Of a stretch of DNA of 64,000 bases, positions 1 through 9,593 are shown in pieces. The stretch is from Christensenellales bacterium. Its GTDB lineage: Bacteria; Bacillota; Clostridia; Christensenellales; CAZKXV01. The translations under genes and the position numbers were made by a program. Below the pieces are notes generated by a model. The model worked only from the letters and a program-made list of their open reading frames with translations, was not told the DNA's origin and searched no databases. The stretch covers positions 106,889-170,888 of the forward strand of contig JBMNLD010000002.1 of NCBI GenBank assembly GCA_050952545.1, read 5' to 3'. Within the stretch, counting starts at the first letter, position 1. Every line of letters starts with the position of its first letter.

Positions 1-1
1 G

Positions 2-1912
2 CCCGGTACATATTCGTTAATGGCGAATTCCGCGGAGGAAGAAGTAACCAGAGATTATTTGTGTTTTATGCGACCTCACGCGACAATCATCGTCGCGGAC
101 GCGACCTGCCTTGAAAGAAACTTAAACCTCGTGCTTCAGACGCTTGAAATAACCGATAAGGCGGTGGTGTGCGTAAATCTCATCGACGAGGCTAAGAGAA
201 AGGATATTGTAATTGATACGGCGAAATTAAGCGAAATTCTGAAAGCGCCCGTCGTCGCAACGGCGGCAAGGCAGAAAAAGGGGCTTAAAGAATTAATGGA
301 CTGCGTGTCCGAAGTGTCTGATAAAAGCGTCGGGGCGGATACGATTAAGATTATTTACGAGGATCGCATAGAGACCGCGGTGTCTATGATCCTTGATGAA
401 GTCCATAGTCTTACGGGCGGTCTTGTCAGCGCAAAATGGCTGGCGTTAAGACTCCTCGACAGAGACGATACCGTAATCAGGGCAATAAAGAGCAATTTCG
501 GGATCGATATGCTGTCGGACGTGGCACTGACCGAAAAGCTCAACCTGGCGCATATTTATCTTAAATCCCAAGGCATAGGCGAAGAGGAGTTCAGGGATTT
601 GATTGTTTCAAGGCTGGTTAAGCTGTCCGAGAGTATAAACGGAGAAGTTGTAACATATAAAAACCGCAATTACAACAGCCGGGACAGAAAAATCGACAGG
701 ATTTTAACATCCAAGAGTTTCGGGATACCTATAATGCTACTGATGCTGGGCTTAATCTTCTGGCTGACAATTTCGGGCGCGAACTATCCCTCCAAACTCT
801 TATCGGATCTATTCTTTTTTATTGAAGAAAAACTGTCCGGAATGCTTATGCGCCTTAATCCGCCCTTGTGGCTTCACGGCGTGCTGATAGAGGGAATGTA
901 CAGAACTCTAGCGTGGGTCGTGTCCGTAATGCTGCCGCCTATGGCGATATTTTTCCCGTTGTTTACCTTGCTTGAAGACCTCGGATATCTGCCGAGAGTC
1001 GCATTTAATCTCGATAATTTCTTCAAGAAAGCGCGCTGTCACGGCAAGCAGGCGCTGACTATGTGCATGGGCTTCGGATGCAACGCGGCGGGTATCGTGG
1101 GTTGCAGGATTATCGATTCGCCTAGAGAGCGGCTGATTGCGATGATTACCAATAGTTTCGTTCCGTGTAACGGCAGATTCCCGACGCTTATCGCGATAAT
1201 TTCAATGTTTTTCGCGGGCTATGTGTTCGGCCCGCTACAGAGCGTAGTCTCCGCGCTGATGCTGACGGGGGTGATACTGCTCGGGATAATTATGACGCTT
1301 GTTATGTCAAGGCTTCTTTCTATGACCGTCTTAAAGGGCGTGCCGTCCTCATTCGCGCTGGAACTGCCGCCGTACAGAAGACCGCAGATAGGTAAAGTTA
1401 TTGTCAGGTCGATATTTAACAGAACGCTTTTCATACTCGGCAGAGCTGTCGTCATAGCGCTCCCTGCCGGAATATTAATCTGGGTATTTGCGAATGTCGC
1501 TCCAGGGGGCGTCAGCATTCTTACGCGCGCCGCAGATTTCTTAGACCCTATCGGTAGATTTCTCGGCATGGACGGCTATATCTTAATGGCTTTTATCTTA
1601 GGCTTTCCAGCCAATGAAATCGTAGTGCCGATAATTATTATGAGCTATATGGCGGAGGGGAGTCTTATGGAGCTTAACAGCCTGACCGAACTTAAAGACC
1701 TGTTTATATTAAACGGCTGGACCTGGGTAACTGCCGTGTCCTTAATGCTCTTTTCGCTGATGCACTGGCCCTGCGGCACAACCTGCATGACGATAAAAAG
1801 AGAATCCAAAAGCTTCAAATGGACCTTTATTGCTTTCCTCCTCCCGACTATTACCGGCTTTATCATCTGCTCGGTGTTCGCCAATTTAATGCGACTGCTA
1901 GGGGTAGGGTGA
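2..1912 (+). CDS. feoB: Ferrous iron transport protein B (5'-partial, runs off window start)
   Basis: Frame is open from base 2 (PGTYSLMANSAEEEV, the FeoB G-domain PGxYSL motif); DAT-CLERNL and VVCVNLIDEA G-protein motifs; gate/TM region with GFGCNA and PCNGRFP. Confidence 0.95.
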   Translation, partial: PGTYSLMANSAEEEVTRDYLCFMRPHATIIVADATCLERNLNLVLQTLEITDKAVVCVNLIDEAKRKDIVIDTAKLSEILKAPVVATAARQKKGLKELMDCVSEVSDKSVGADTIKIIYEDRIETAVSMILDEVHSLTGGLVSAKWLALRLLDRDDTVIRAIKSNFGIDMLSDVALTEKLNLAHIYLKSQGIGEEEFRDLIVSRLVKLSESINGEVVTYKNRNYNSRDRKIDRILTSKSFGIPIMLLMLGLIFWLTISGANYPSKLLSDLFFFIEEKLSGMLMRLNPPLWLHGVLIEGMYRTLAWVVSVMLPPMAIFFPLFTLLEDLGYLPRVAFNLDNFFKKARCHGKQALTMCMGFGCNAAGIVGCRIIDSPRERLIAMITNSFVPCNGRFPTLIAIISMFFAGYVFGPLQSVVSALMLTGVILLGIIMTLVMSRLLSMTVLKGVPSSFALELPPYRRPQIGKVIVRSIFNRTLFILGRAVVIALPAGILIWVFANVAPGGVSILTRAADFLDPIGRFLGMDGYILMAFILGFPANEIVVPIIIMSYMAEGSLMELNSLTELKDLFILNGWTWVTAVSLMLFSLMHWPCGTTCMTIKRESKSFKWTFIAFLLPTITGFIICSVFANLMRLLGVG

Positions 1913-1949
1913 AAACTTTATTTATTAATATCCATATTGACATTTTTAA

Positions 1950-2416
1950 TCGGAGCGTTTATGGGCAATAAGCGTTAGTCCGTCAGTGTTGGAAACATCA
2001 GAGCTTGTTTCCCTTTCGCACTCGCAAATACACCCTTTCGGGGTATTTTTGCCTTTTTATTATACAAGCCTTCATGATTGAAGTCATTATATTGCTTTTA
2101 CCATATGATAATTAAGGCGTCGGAGCGTTTATGGGCAATAAGCGTTAGTCCGTCAGTGTTGGAAATGTCAGAGCTTGTTTCCCTTTCGCACTCGCAAATA
2201 CACCCTTACGGGGTATATTTGCCTTTTTATTATCCAAGCCTTCATGATTGAAGTCATTATATTGCTTTTACCATATGATAATTAAGGCGTCGGAGCGTTT
2301 ATGGGCAATAAGCGTTAGTCCGTCAGTGTTGGAAATGTCAGAGCTTGTTTCCCTTTCGCACTCGCAAATACACCCTTACGGGGTATATTTGCCTTTTTAT
2401 TATCCAAGCCTTCATG
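1950..2416. repeat. 170-bp tandem repeat, ~2.75 copies (1950-2119, 2120-2289, 2290-2416)
   Basis: cggagcgtttatgggcaataag starts at 1951, 2121 and 2291; copy 1 differs from copy 2 at 5 positions; copies 2 and 3 are identical over their shared length; each holds a GCAAATACACCC-N4-GGGTA(T/T)TTTGC-type hairpin. Confidence 0.95.
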
Positions 2417-2480
2417 TCTGCAAGCATACATTCAGTCTTGTCTAATAAAAAGCACACCCTATGGGTGTGCTTGGCTCGTT

Positions 2481-2504
2481 TGGTGGGCAATAAGGGACTC
2501 GAAC
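2481..2504 (-). repeat. att-like duplication of the 3' 24 bp of tRNA-Val(CAC)
   Basis: tggtgggcaataagggactcgaac is identical to 24185-24208 (T-loop through CCA of the tRNA). Confidence 0.9.
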
Positions 2505-2653
2505 TGTTGCAAGGCAACAGCTAGCGGCGAAGCCGCGTAACATAATTCGGTGTCCATGATATAAGCTAGACAGCGACAAGCAAAAGGGAGACATAGCAAA
2601 AATACGGACAAAAAGTCCGTATTTGCTATGCGACTATAAGCGCAGTCGTTGTC
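2505..2653 (-). repeat. tRNA-linked ~149-bp multi-hairpin element, full copy
   Basis: Its reverse complement aligns end to end with 37637-37785; 2559-2655 is identical to 24090-24186. Confidence 0.85.
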
Positions 2654-2654
2654 T

Positions 2655-3201
2655 GTGGGAACGGGTCAAATGGTGGACTTCGCCGAAACCGAGCGCATAG
2701 ACTATCACAAAGCGTTGGAACTCGCCCAAGCGGCAAACGACCAAAAGACCGTCGACAAACTGCTCAAAAACGGCGAGCCGCCGTACTACGGCGCAAACGT
2801 CGCGTTGAGAAGCGCCGTCTATTTGAACTATTTGAGCGCGCATATGCAGTCAGATCCCAACATAACAAACCCCGGCTATAACACGCTGCGCGACGTTTTT
2901 TCGTCGGAATACGGCGTCATCGACAAAATCAATTATTTCTTGGGCATAATTAACACTTTCGGGCATGTCTATCAGCAGCTTTACGGCATCAACCTCGCCG
3001 TCGACTGCAAAAAAAATCGATATTCCCGTCTATTTTTTCGAGGGCAGGTACGATATCAACGCGCCCGTTTCGCTCGTCGAGGATTATTTCGCGGTTTTGG
3101 AAGCGCCGCACAAGGAATTGATTTGGTTTGAGCATTCGGGGCACAGCCCGTGGATAAACGAACGGCAAAAATTCGTCGACGAGCTTCTGAAACTGCTTTA
3201 A
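2655..3201 (+). pseudogene. Alpha/beta hydrolase (proline iminopeptidase-like), C-terminal half; 5'-truncated with a +1 frameshift in an A8 run (3009-3016)
   Basis: Starts mid-domain (VGTGQMVD) right at the repeat junction; removing one A joins ORF 2649 to ORF 2965 (DCKKIDIPVYFFEGRYD...FEHSGHSPW, catalytic His motif). Confidence 0.75.
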
Positions 3202-3267
3202 TTGGATTTGATAACGACAAAGAAGAATAGGCAAGATAACGACCAAGCGAAAAACTAAAACGGAATT

Positions 3268-3660
3268 ATGGAAAACAAAAGAAAAAATTTAAGAAAAATT
3301 TTAACGGTTGCGGCGCTTGTTATTTTTGCGTTGCTTCTTTGCGCGTGTGCCGAAAGCGGAACAGTCAACGAAAACAAAACCGAACAAGCGTACACGGCGG
3401 TTTTTGAGGCGGCGACCGCGACAAAAACTCACGGGCTTAATTTGCGGGCGGGCGACAGCCTCTCCGTTGCCGTTTCCTTGGACGGCGGCGACATAAGGTT
3501 GAGCATAGCCGACCCGAGCGGCGTCGAAATTTACGCGGGAAACGCGCTCGTTACGACGTCTTTTACAATCGACGTCCATTCGGACGGCGTTTACACGGTG
3601 ACTTTAACGCTGAAAAAGGCGAGCGGTCAAGTCGGCGTAATCAAATTCCAAAATCAATAA
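3268..3660 (+). CDS. Hypothetical lipoprotein
   Basis: Basic N-terminus, hydrophobic stretch and lipobox-like LLLCAC; beta-rich Ig-like remainder. Confidence 0.65.
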   Translation: MENKRKNLRKILTVAALVIFALLLCACAESGTVNENKTEQAYTAVFEAATATKTHGLNLRAGDSLSVAVSLDGGDIRLSIADPSGVEIYAGNALVTTSFTIDVHSDGVYTVTLTLKKASGQVGVIKFQNQ

Positions 3661-4538
3661 AATTCGTCGATATACGCTTGAATTGTTTGCCTCGTGCCCC
3701 TGTAAGGACCGGGGTTTTCCATTTTATGGCTGACTGTCGCAGTCGCCCACAAAAGCGAATCTTCCAAAGACCGCGTCAGCCTTTCGCCTATGTAGCTTGC
3801 GAACGTCGTGTCGCCGCGCCCGCTTCTGCCGCTTAGGTTGCGCGCTTTTATGGGGCAGGTCGCAAGCGTTTCGCTGTCGTACGCCAAAACCTCGGTGTTG
3901 TGGGTTATGACAACTTCTTTCGCGCCCCAGCAGTTGAAGACGCGCGCCGCCCTCTCGCGGTCGGTGAACCCCGTCAAAATTTCTGCTTCGGCGGCGTCGG
4001 TTTTGAAATAGGTTATGTAAGGCAGCAGCTCTTTCTTCTGCTCCCAGTCGAAAAATTTCATTTCGGTGTTGTCGCCGCCCGCGTGTCTGAGCATGGCTTG
4101 GACGTCCAACGCTACCGCGCCGCGCTTGGACAGTTCGACGATTAACTCGGCGGAAAAGTCGCCGTAAATCAACCCCGCGAGGTGATAGATTTTGCAGTCG
4201 ACGTCGGGAATGTCGTCGATTGTGAAAGGCTCCGCTTGCGAAATGCAGACGCATCTGCGCTTTTCTTTGTCGGCGGTGAAGTACTTGTTTTGAATGGAAG
4301 TGGATTTAGCCGAAGGAATAAAATAAATATCCTCTTTTGGGATAACAAGTTCTGAAAGGCGCTCTTTGTCGCGCTCGGCGAGTTTTGTCACCGCTCCGAC
4401 GCGGTGCCCGCCCGCGAACGCCGCCGCGCTCGAATATATAACGGCGCCGCCCACTTCGATGATTTGGTGGTCCAAGTAGTCGATATTGTAGTCAAGCGAG
4501 ATATGACCGATTGTCAAAATGTCGTATTGTTTTTTCAT
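3654..4538 (-). CDS. PfkB family carbohydrate kinase
   Basis: GHISLD, VGGAVIY, KTDAAEA and SGRGDTTFA (ribokinase-family anion-hole motif). Confidence 0.9.
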   Translation of the reverse strand: MKKQYDILTIGHISLDYNIDYLDHQIIEVGGAVIYSSAAAFAGGHRVGAVTKLAERDKERLSELVIPKEDIYFIPSAKSTSIQNKYFTADKEKRRCVCISQAEPFTIDDIPDVDCKIYHLAGLIYGDFSAELIVELSKRGAVALDVQAMLRHAGGDNTEMKFFDWEQKKELLPYITYFKTDAAEAEILTGFTDRERAARVFNCWGAKEVVITHNTEVLAYDSETLATCPIKARNLSGRSGRGDTTFASYIGERLTRSLEDSLLWATATVSHKMENPGPYRGTRQTIQAYIDEFY

Positions 4539-4540
4539 AA

Positions 4541-5194
4541 TCAATCCTTATATATTTTTCTGCCTAAAAGCGTCAGCAGTTCGTCGGGGCGGTTGGTCGT
4601 GATATTGGCAAGTTCGGGGTGCTTGGAAAGCCTTTCCATTTCCGCCTTTTGGTCGACGACAAAGACGGAAACGGGCAGTTCCTGCTTCTTACATTCAGCC
4701 AAAAATTCCTCGGTGCAAATGGTGAAACGGAGGTTTAGTCCTTTCAAGCGCTCGCATTTAAAACTGTCTATGCGTGCCTTCATTGCCGATACATCGGCGA
4801 GCGTCGGAGTTCCGCGCAGTTTGAAAAAGGATTTGTTGAGATAGACTTCGCCCGCGTATAGGTCCTTGACGTCGTTTTCGCAGACGCTTCCCGTGAATAT
4901 TATGTTAGGCAGAACGCCTATTTTTTGCGCCAAATCGAGCACGGGCTTGACAAGTCCGCGCTGTTTTACGTCGCAGTTGATTTTGAAGCCCCGCTCTTTT
5001 ATGTATTCAAACGCGTGGGATAAGGGAAGGCGCAGCGAGGGAATGAGCGAGGGCAGGTGCGAAAGATAGAGCAGTCCGCCCGCTTTCCATATATCGACCT
5101 CGACGACATCGACGGCATAGCCCGATATATTCTCGAAAAAGCTCTTGCTGTTGCGGTGCGTGCCGAGCGCGCCGCCGTGCGCGGTTACAAGCAT
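4541..5194 (-). CDS. Glycerophosphodiester phosphodiesterase family protein
   Basis: N-terminal VTAHGGA, VVEVDI and C-terminal ITTNRPD; GAGGTG RBS before the ATG at 5194. Confidence 0.8.
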   Translation of the reverse strand: MLVTAHGGALGTHRNSKSFFENISGYAVDVVEVDIWKAGGLLYLSHLPSLIPSLRLPLSHAFEYIKERGFKINCDVKQRGLVKPVLDLAQKIGVLPNIIFTGSVCENDVKDLYAGEVYLNKSFFKLRGTPTLADVSAMKARIDSFKCERLKGLNLRFTICTEEFLAECKKQELPVSVFVVDQKAEMERLSKHPELANITTNRPDELLTLLGRKIYKD

Positions 5195-5478
5195 TTGTTT
5201 CACCTCGGTGTAAGATAACCAAATTATAGCATAAAAATTCCCCGTTTCAAGCACATTATTTTCCGCGTTCCCAAAGATTGGGCTTTCGTTTTGCGCCTTG
5301 CGGCGCGCGCCCGCGCGCGAGATTGGCTGTGTCGACTTTTTTTGAAAAGATAGTCTTTATCGACTTGGGACGCGCGCCCGCGCGCGAAATTTGCTATTGC
5401 AACGGTTATGTTTATGTGTTACCATAAATTAAATATAAATCGTTAAATTTATGTTTAATTCCAATTTTGAGGTTCTCA

Positions 5479-6924
5479 ATGCAAGAAAACGCAACGCCCC
5501 AAATCTCGCTTGATTCTCCGCAAACAAAGAAGTATATTCCAAAAAAAGAACTATGGATGTATTCCGTCGCCGCGCTCGGTCAAGGTATGGTTTACGCGAT
5601 TATGAGCGGATTTATCTCCGATTTTTACATAAACGTAATGAACCTGCCCCTTCTTTTCGTGCTGCTTTTGATGCTCCTTGCGCGAATTTGGGACGCCGTC
5701 AACGACCCGATGATGGGCATGATTGTCGACCGCGTGACGACCAAATGGGGCAAAATGAAGCCCTACGTCATTTTCACCGCCGTTCCCATTCTGCTTTTGA
5801 CGTTTTTTATGTTTTATTCGCCCGACGGATTGACCGTCACCCAAAAAATGATTTACGCGGGCTTTATATACATCGGCTGGGGAATGATTTACACGGCGAG
5901 CGACGTTCCTTTTTGGACGATGCCCAATGTTATGACGGCAAATCCCGCCGAACGAGCGACGACGATAAGCTTGGTCAGAACGCTCAACGGCATAGATTCC
6001 GCCCTTCCCATGCTGATGTTTTTCGTACTCGGGTTTGTCATGCCTATGGTTACCGACGCGACGGGCGTCGAAATAGACAAAAAAATCTATATGACGATGG
6101 CAATCGTCTGCTCGGTGCTTGGCATGGCGCTGTTTGTCAATTCCTATTTCCACGTCAAGGAACGCGTGCTTATCCCCAACAAGCCGCGCAGCAAGGACAA
6201 GAGCGAGCCGTCCACGCTCAAACGCATTTTCACATGCAAGCCGCTGATGATTGTCATAATCATGGGCATTTTGTCCAGCGGAAGGTACATGATGCAGGCT
6301 GCAGCTGTGCACGTCGCAAGATACGCGTTCTATATAGGACCGTCGCTTGAAGGGCTGACCGATGCGGCGCGCACGGCGGCGATAAAGGGCAGTGTTTCCA
6401 CCGTCTCATTGATTTTCACCGTCTGTTCGGCTATCGGCATGTTCGGCTCGATGATTTTTATGCCGCTATTGTACAAAAAGTTCGACTACAAAAAGATAGT
6501 CATCGTGACTTGCTTTGCGGGCTTTGCCGCAAGCATTTTGACGACCGTTATCGGTGCGCTTTCCATTTACACGACGGCAAGCTATCTTGTCTATGTCTGC
6601 ATTCCGTTTATCGTCATACAATGCATTCCGCTGGGCGCGCTCAACATAACCGCCTATGCCATGACGGGCGACAGTTTGGACTATTTGGAATGGAAAACGG
6701 GCTACCGCGACAACGCGCTCGGCTCCGCATGCCAGTCGTTTGTCAACAAGTTCGGAAACGCGATTGCGACTGCCCTCATCGTTTTGATGTATATTTTGAT
6801 TAATTTGAATCCCGAACAAATGCTCAATTCCCAAGTCGTTCAAGCGGCGACCGACCTTGCGACAAACAAGCGGTTTGCTATGTTCAGCTTGGTTTCCGTC
6901 ATACCGGGTTTAAGCCTCGTTTAA
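5479..6924 (+). CDS. MFS/GPH (MelB-like) sugar:cation symporter, probably 3'-truncated by the AT-rich segment
   Basis: RIWDAVNDPMMGMIVDR and KWGKMKPY GPH motifs; multiple TM helices; ends abruptly at VIPGLSLV where composition switches. Confidence 0.85.
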   Translation: MQENATPQISLDSPQTKKYIPKKELWMYSVAALGQGMVYAIMSGFISDFYINVMNLPLLFVLLLMLLARIWDAVNDPMMGMIVDRVTTKWGKMKPYVIFTAVPILLLTFFMFYSPDGLTVTQKMIYAGFIYIGWGMIYTASDVPFWTMPNVMTANPAERATTISLVRTLNGIDSALPMLMFFVLGFVMPMVTDATGVEIDKKIYMTMAIVCSVLGMALFVNSYFHVKERVLIPNKPRSKDKSEPSTLKRIFTCKPLMIVIIMGILSSGRYMMQAAAVHVARYAFYIGPSLEGLTDAARTAAIKGSVSTVSLIFTVCSAIGMFGSMIFMPLLYKKFDYKKIVIVTCFAGFAASILTTVIGALSIYTTASYLVYVCIPFIVIQCIPLGALNITAYAMTGDSLDYLEWKTGYRDNALGSACQSFVNKFGNAIATALIVLMYILINLNPEQMLNSQVVQAATDLATNKRFAMFSLVSVIPGLSLV

Positions 6925-6941
6925 ATCAATATGCAGAAAAG

Positions 6942-7283
6942 ATGCATCTTAAAAAGTTAGATAATTATTTGCAATTTTTTGATGATATTAAAGATGATTA
7001 TGTTCAGGTCGAAGAAGCTAAGCTAATACGAAAAGATATGTTAGATATCGATACTGTTAAACTTTCTAACATAAAAAACGATTTGTTATTTTATTTAGAT
7101 AGTTTTGGAGATATTGATAGTGAGTCATACAATGGATATGGTTCATTGCCTTTAATAGGGATTACTTGGAATAAATACTTATTAGTTGGATTGTGTAGAA
7201 GTTATTTTACCAATGAAATATTAATAAAATATGATGGAAAACAGTATAAAAAAATTACTTATAAGCTGTCTTTAAACCATTGA
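6942..7283 (+). pseudogene. C-terminal fragment of a larger hypothetical protein
   Basis: No RBS; the frame stays open upstream into the MFS junction; AT-rich codon usage. Confidence 0.45.
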
Positions 7284-7298
7284 TTTAAACCTTAAAAT

Positions 7299-7368
7299 AC
7301 ACAATAGTTGAAAAATATTACGAAAATATTGTAAAACTATTGTGTTTTTTCTTTTTGTTGTTTATAAT
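7299..7368 (+). promoter_or_regulatory. Sigma70-type promoter overlapped by an 11-bp inverted repeat (putative operator)
   Basis: TTGTGT(7340-45)-N17-TATAAT(7363-68); arms ACACAATAGTT (7299-7309) and AACTATTGTGT (7335-7345). Confidence 0.6.
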
Positions 7369-7397
7369 ATAAGTGAAATCAATGAGAGGTGTAGGAT

Positions 7398-7625
7398 ATG
7401 GAAAACAAAAAAGATAATTTTAAGCGTATATCTGAAAATAGAGTATCAAAGATTTTGACTTTACTTTCTCAATTAACTAATTTAAGTAATTCATCTTTTT
7501 ACGAATATACTGATGAGGACATAGAGAAGATATTTAATGCTATTGATGAAGAAGCTAAGAAATCAAAAGAAATATTGCTGAAGTCAAATGATAAAAAAAG
7601 AAAGAATAAAAGGTTTGAGTTATAG
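7398..7625 (+). CDS. Small conserved helical protein (putative regulator/adaptor)
   Basis: GAGAGG RBS; FKRISENRV..L..L.NLSN...YEY..EDI.KIF pattern that I recall from small genes heading RM/defence-associated operons. Confidence 0.7.
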   Translation: MENKKDNFKRISENRVSKILTLLSQLTNLSNSSFYEYTDEDIEKIFNAIDEEAKKSKEILLKSNDKKRKNKRFEL

Positions 7626-7637
7626 GAGGTAACAAAT

Positions 7638-9593
7638 ATGTCAAATAATAAGTGGAGATTCCCTGCAAGTAATCATGGTGAGAAAAAAGGTATTAGTAGT
7701 GGTGATACAGAAACATTTAAAAAAGCACCTTTCCAAGCATTTGCAAGAGAAATCTTGCAAAACTCTATTGATGCAAGATCAAGTGATGAAGAGCCAACAA
7801 GAGTAGAGTTTTCTCTTTTCAAAATAAAAACTGATGATATTCCAGGCAAGCAAGAGCTATATGATGCTATAAGACGTTGTAAAGAGTTCTGGTCATATAA
7901 AAAAGATTATGTTGCTGAATATGATTCAATGTTGACAGCACTTAGTGCCAAAGAGATTGTCTGTCTTAGAGTTAGTGATTTCAATACAACTGGATTGATA
8001 GGTGTAGAAACTACTAGACAAGAAAATAATAAATTTTTAGCATTAGCTAAAGGTACTGGTGTTTCTGAAAAAAGTGGAGTCATGGCTGGAGGTTCAAAAG
8101 GTGTTGGTAAAAACGCTGCATTCCTAATGTCATCTTTGCGTACAGTTATTTATTCTACAAAAAGTAATCAAGATATAGATGGTAATTCAGGTAGTTTTGA
8201 AGGATCTATTGGTGTCGCTGAACTAGTCTCTGGTTATGTTGATGATACCATTATTGAAAATAGAGATTATACTCAAGGAACAGGATATTACAGTATGGAC
8301 GACCTAAATGGTGCAATGAACTCCATAATGAATCTTGATCCAAATTTTACTGAGAGAAATAATGAATTTGGAACTGATATTTACATTCTTGGTTTTAACG
8401 ATGAACTTGATTGGGAAAAAGAAGTAATTAATAGTTTGTTAGATTCGTTTATGGTAACCATAGTTCGAGGTGAACTTGAAGTTAATATTAATGGTAATGA
8501 AATCAGTAAAGATACAATTGAAGATCTTGTTTATGACAATTCCATTATTAATAAAGGTAATAGAAGCAATGTTATTTCTCAATATAGACTTATTACTAAT
8601 AAAGATAATAAAGTAGTTCCGTATGATATTGAAACTGAATATGGTATTTGTCAATTATATATCCTTCCTTATGATAAATCTGAAGAAGAATTAGCAACTC
8701 ATAAATGTGCCATGATAAGACACCCATTAATGAAAATCAAAGATGAGTCTCTTGGCTCTAGTTTTAGAGTATCTGCTATGTGTATCATAAATGAAGGTAC
8801 ATTAGGTATTAAACTTAGAGATATTGAAAATGCGCAACATAAAGATTGGGAAGTCAACAGAATAAAAGATGTATATGAGAGAAAAGAAATACAAGGAATT
8901 ATTAATAGTATTAAACAACAAATAAAAGACAATGTTATTGATTGCCTTAAACTTGGTGATAATGAACCATTAGATCCTAATGGTGCTGGAGACTTCTTGC
9001 CAGATGTTGATAATGGTGGTGATTCAAGTTCTGGTGCTAATGGTCAACAAAAACCAATTGAAAATGTATCAATTTCTAAGCCAAAACCTAATAAAGTTAT
9101 TGAAAGAAATACTAATCAAGAAAATGATAATGGTAACGGTCTAGAACCAGATATTGGAGAAGTTGATGATAGTATTGATGGTGATGTTCAACATCCTACT
9201 GGTACAAACGATAAATCTGGTGAAGGAAGACACCCAGGAAGTGAATCTAGTGGCGAGCAAGAAGGTGAAAATATTGTCTTTAAGCGTGCAAAATTATCGG
9301 GTGTTAAGTATAAAGTGATTTCTACTAATAAAAATGAAGGAAGAATCAGAATAATTTTTACTGCACCAATTGATTTTGAAACATGCTATTTGAATATTGC
9401 TTTATTAGATGATGCCAATAATTCTGTTGCTGTAGATATTGAAGAATTGAATTGTAACGGAATTGATATCTATAGTGAAGATAAAAAAGAATATGGTCCA
9501 TTTAAAATTACTCGAAATGAGAAGATTGTTTTGAATGTAAAGACTAATTCAAGTGGTTATTTTGCTAGTGAGGTGAAAGTAATATGCAAGTAA
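7638..9593 (+). CDS. GHKL (HATPase_c/MORC-like) ATPase domain protein with an acidic low-complexity linker
   Basis: Bergerat motifs REILQNSIDA, DFNTTGL and GGSKGVGK; GGAGG RBS; G/D/E/N-rich region near aa 450-545. Confidence 0.8.
   Translation: MSNNKWRFPASNHGEKKGISSGDTETFKKAPFQAFAREILQNSIDARSSDEEPTRVEFSLFKIKTDDIPGKQELYDAIRRCKEFWSYKKDYVAEYDSMLTALSAKEIVCLRVSDFNTTGLIGVETTRQENNKFLALAKGTGVSEKSGVMAGGSKGVGKNAAFLMSSLRTVIYSTKSNQDIDGNSGSFEGSIGVAELVSGYVDDTIIENRDYTQGTGYYSMDDLNGAMNSIMNLDPNFTERNNEFGTDIYILGFNDELDWEKEVINSLLDSFMVTIVRGELEVNINGNEISKDTIEDLVYDNSIINKGNRSNVISQYRLITNKDNKVVPYDIETEYGICQLYILPYDKSEEELATHKCAMIRHPLMKIKDESLGSSFRVSAMCIINEGTLGIKLRDIENAQHKDWEVNRIKDVYERKEIQGIINSIKQQIKDNVIDCLKLGDNEPLDPNGAGDFLPDVDNGGDSSSGANGQQKPIENVSISKPKPNKVIERNTNQENDNGNGLEPDIGEVDDSIDGDVQHPTGTNDKSGEGRHPGSESSGEQEGENIVFKRAKLSGVKYKVISTNKNEGRIRIIFTAPIDFETCYLNIALLDDANNSVAVDIEELNCNGIDIYSEDKKEYGPFKITRNEKIVLNVKTNSSGYFASEVKVICK

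Noticed and set aside
1950-2416. CRISPR array
   Set aside because: Whole 170-bp units are near-identical with no unique spacers, and no cas genes are in the window
2248-2445. 65-aa ORF in the tandem array
   Set aside because: Lies within repeat DNA, has no RBS and no recognisable protein features
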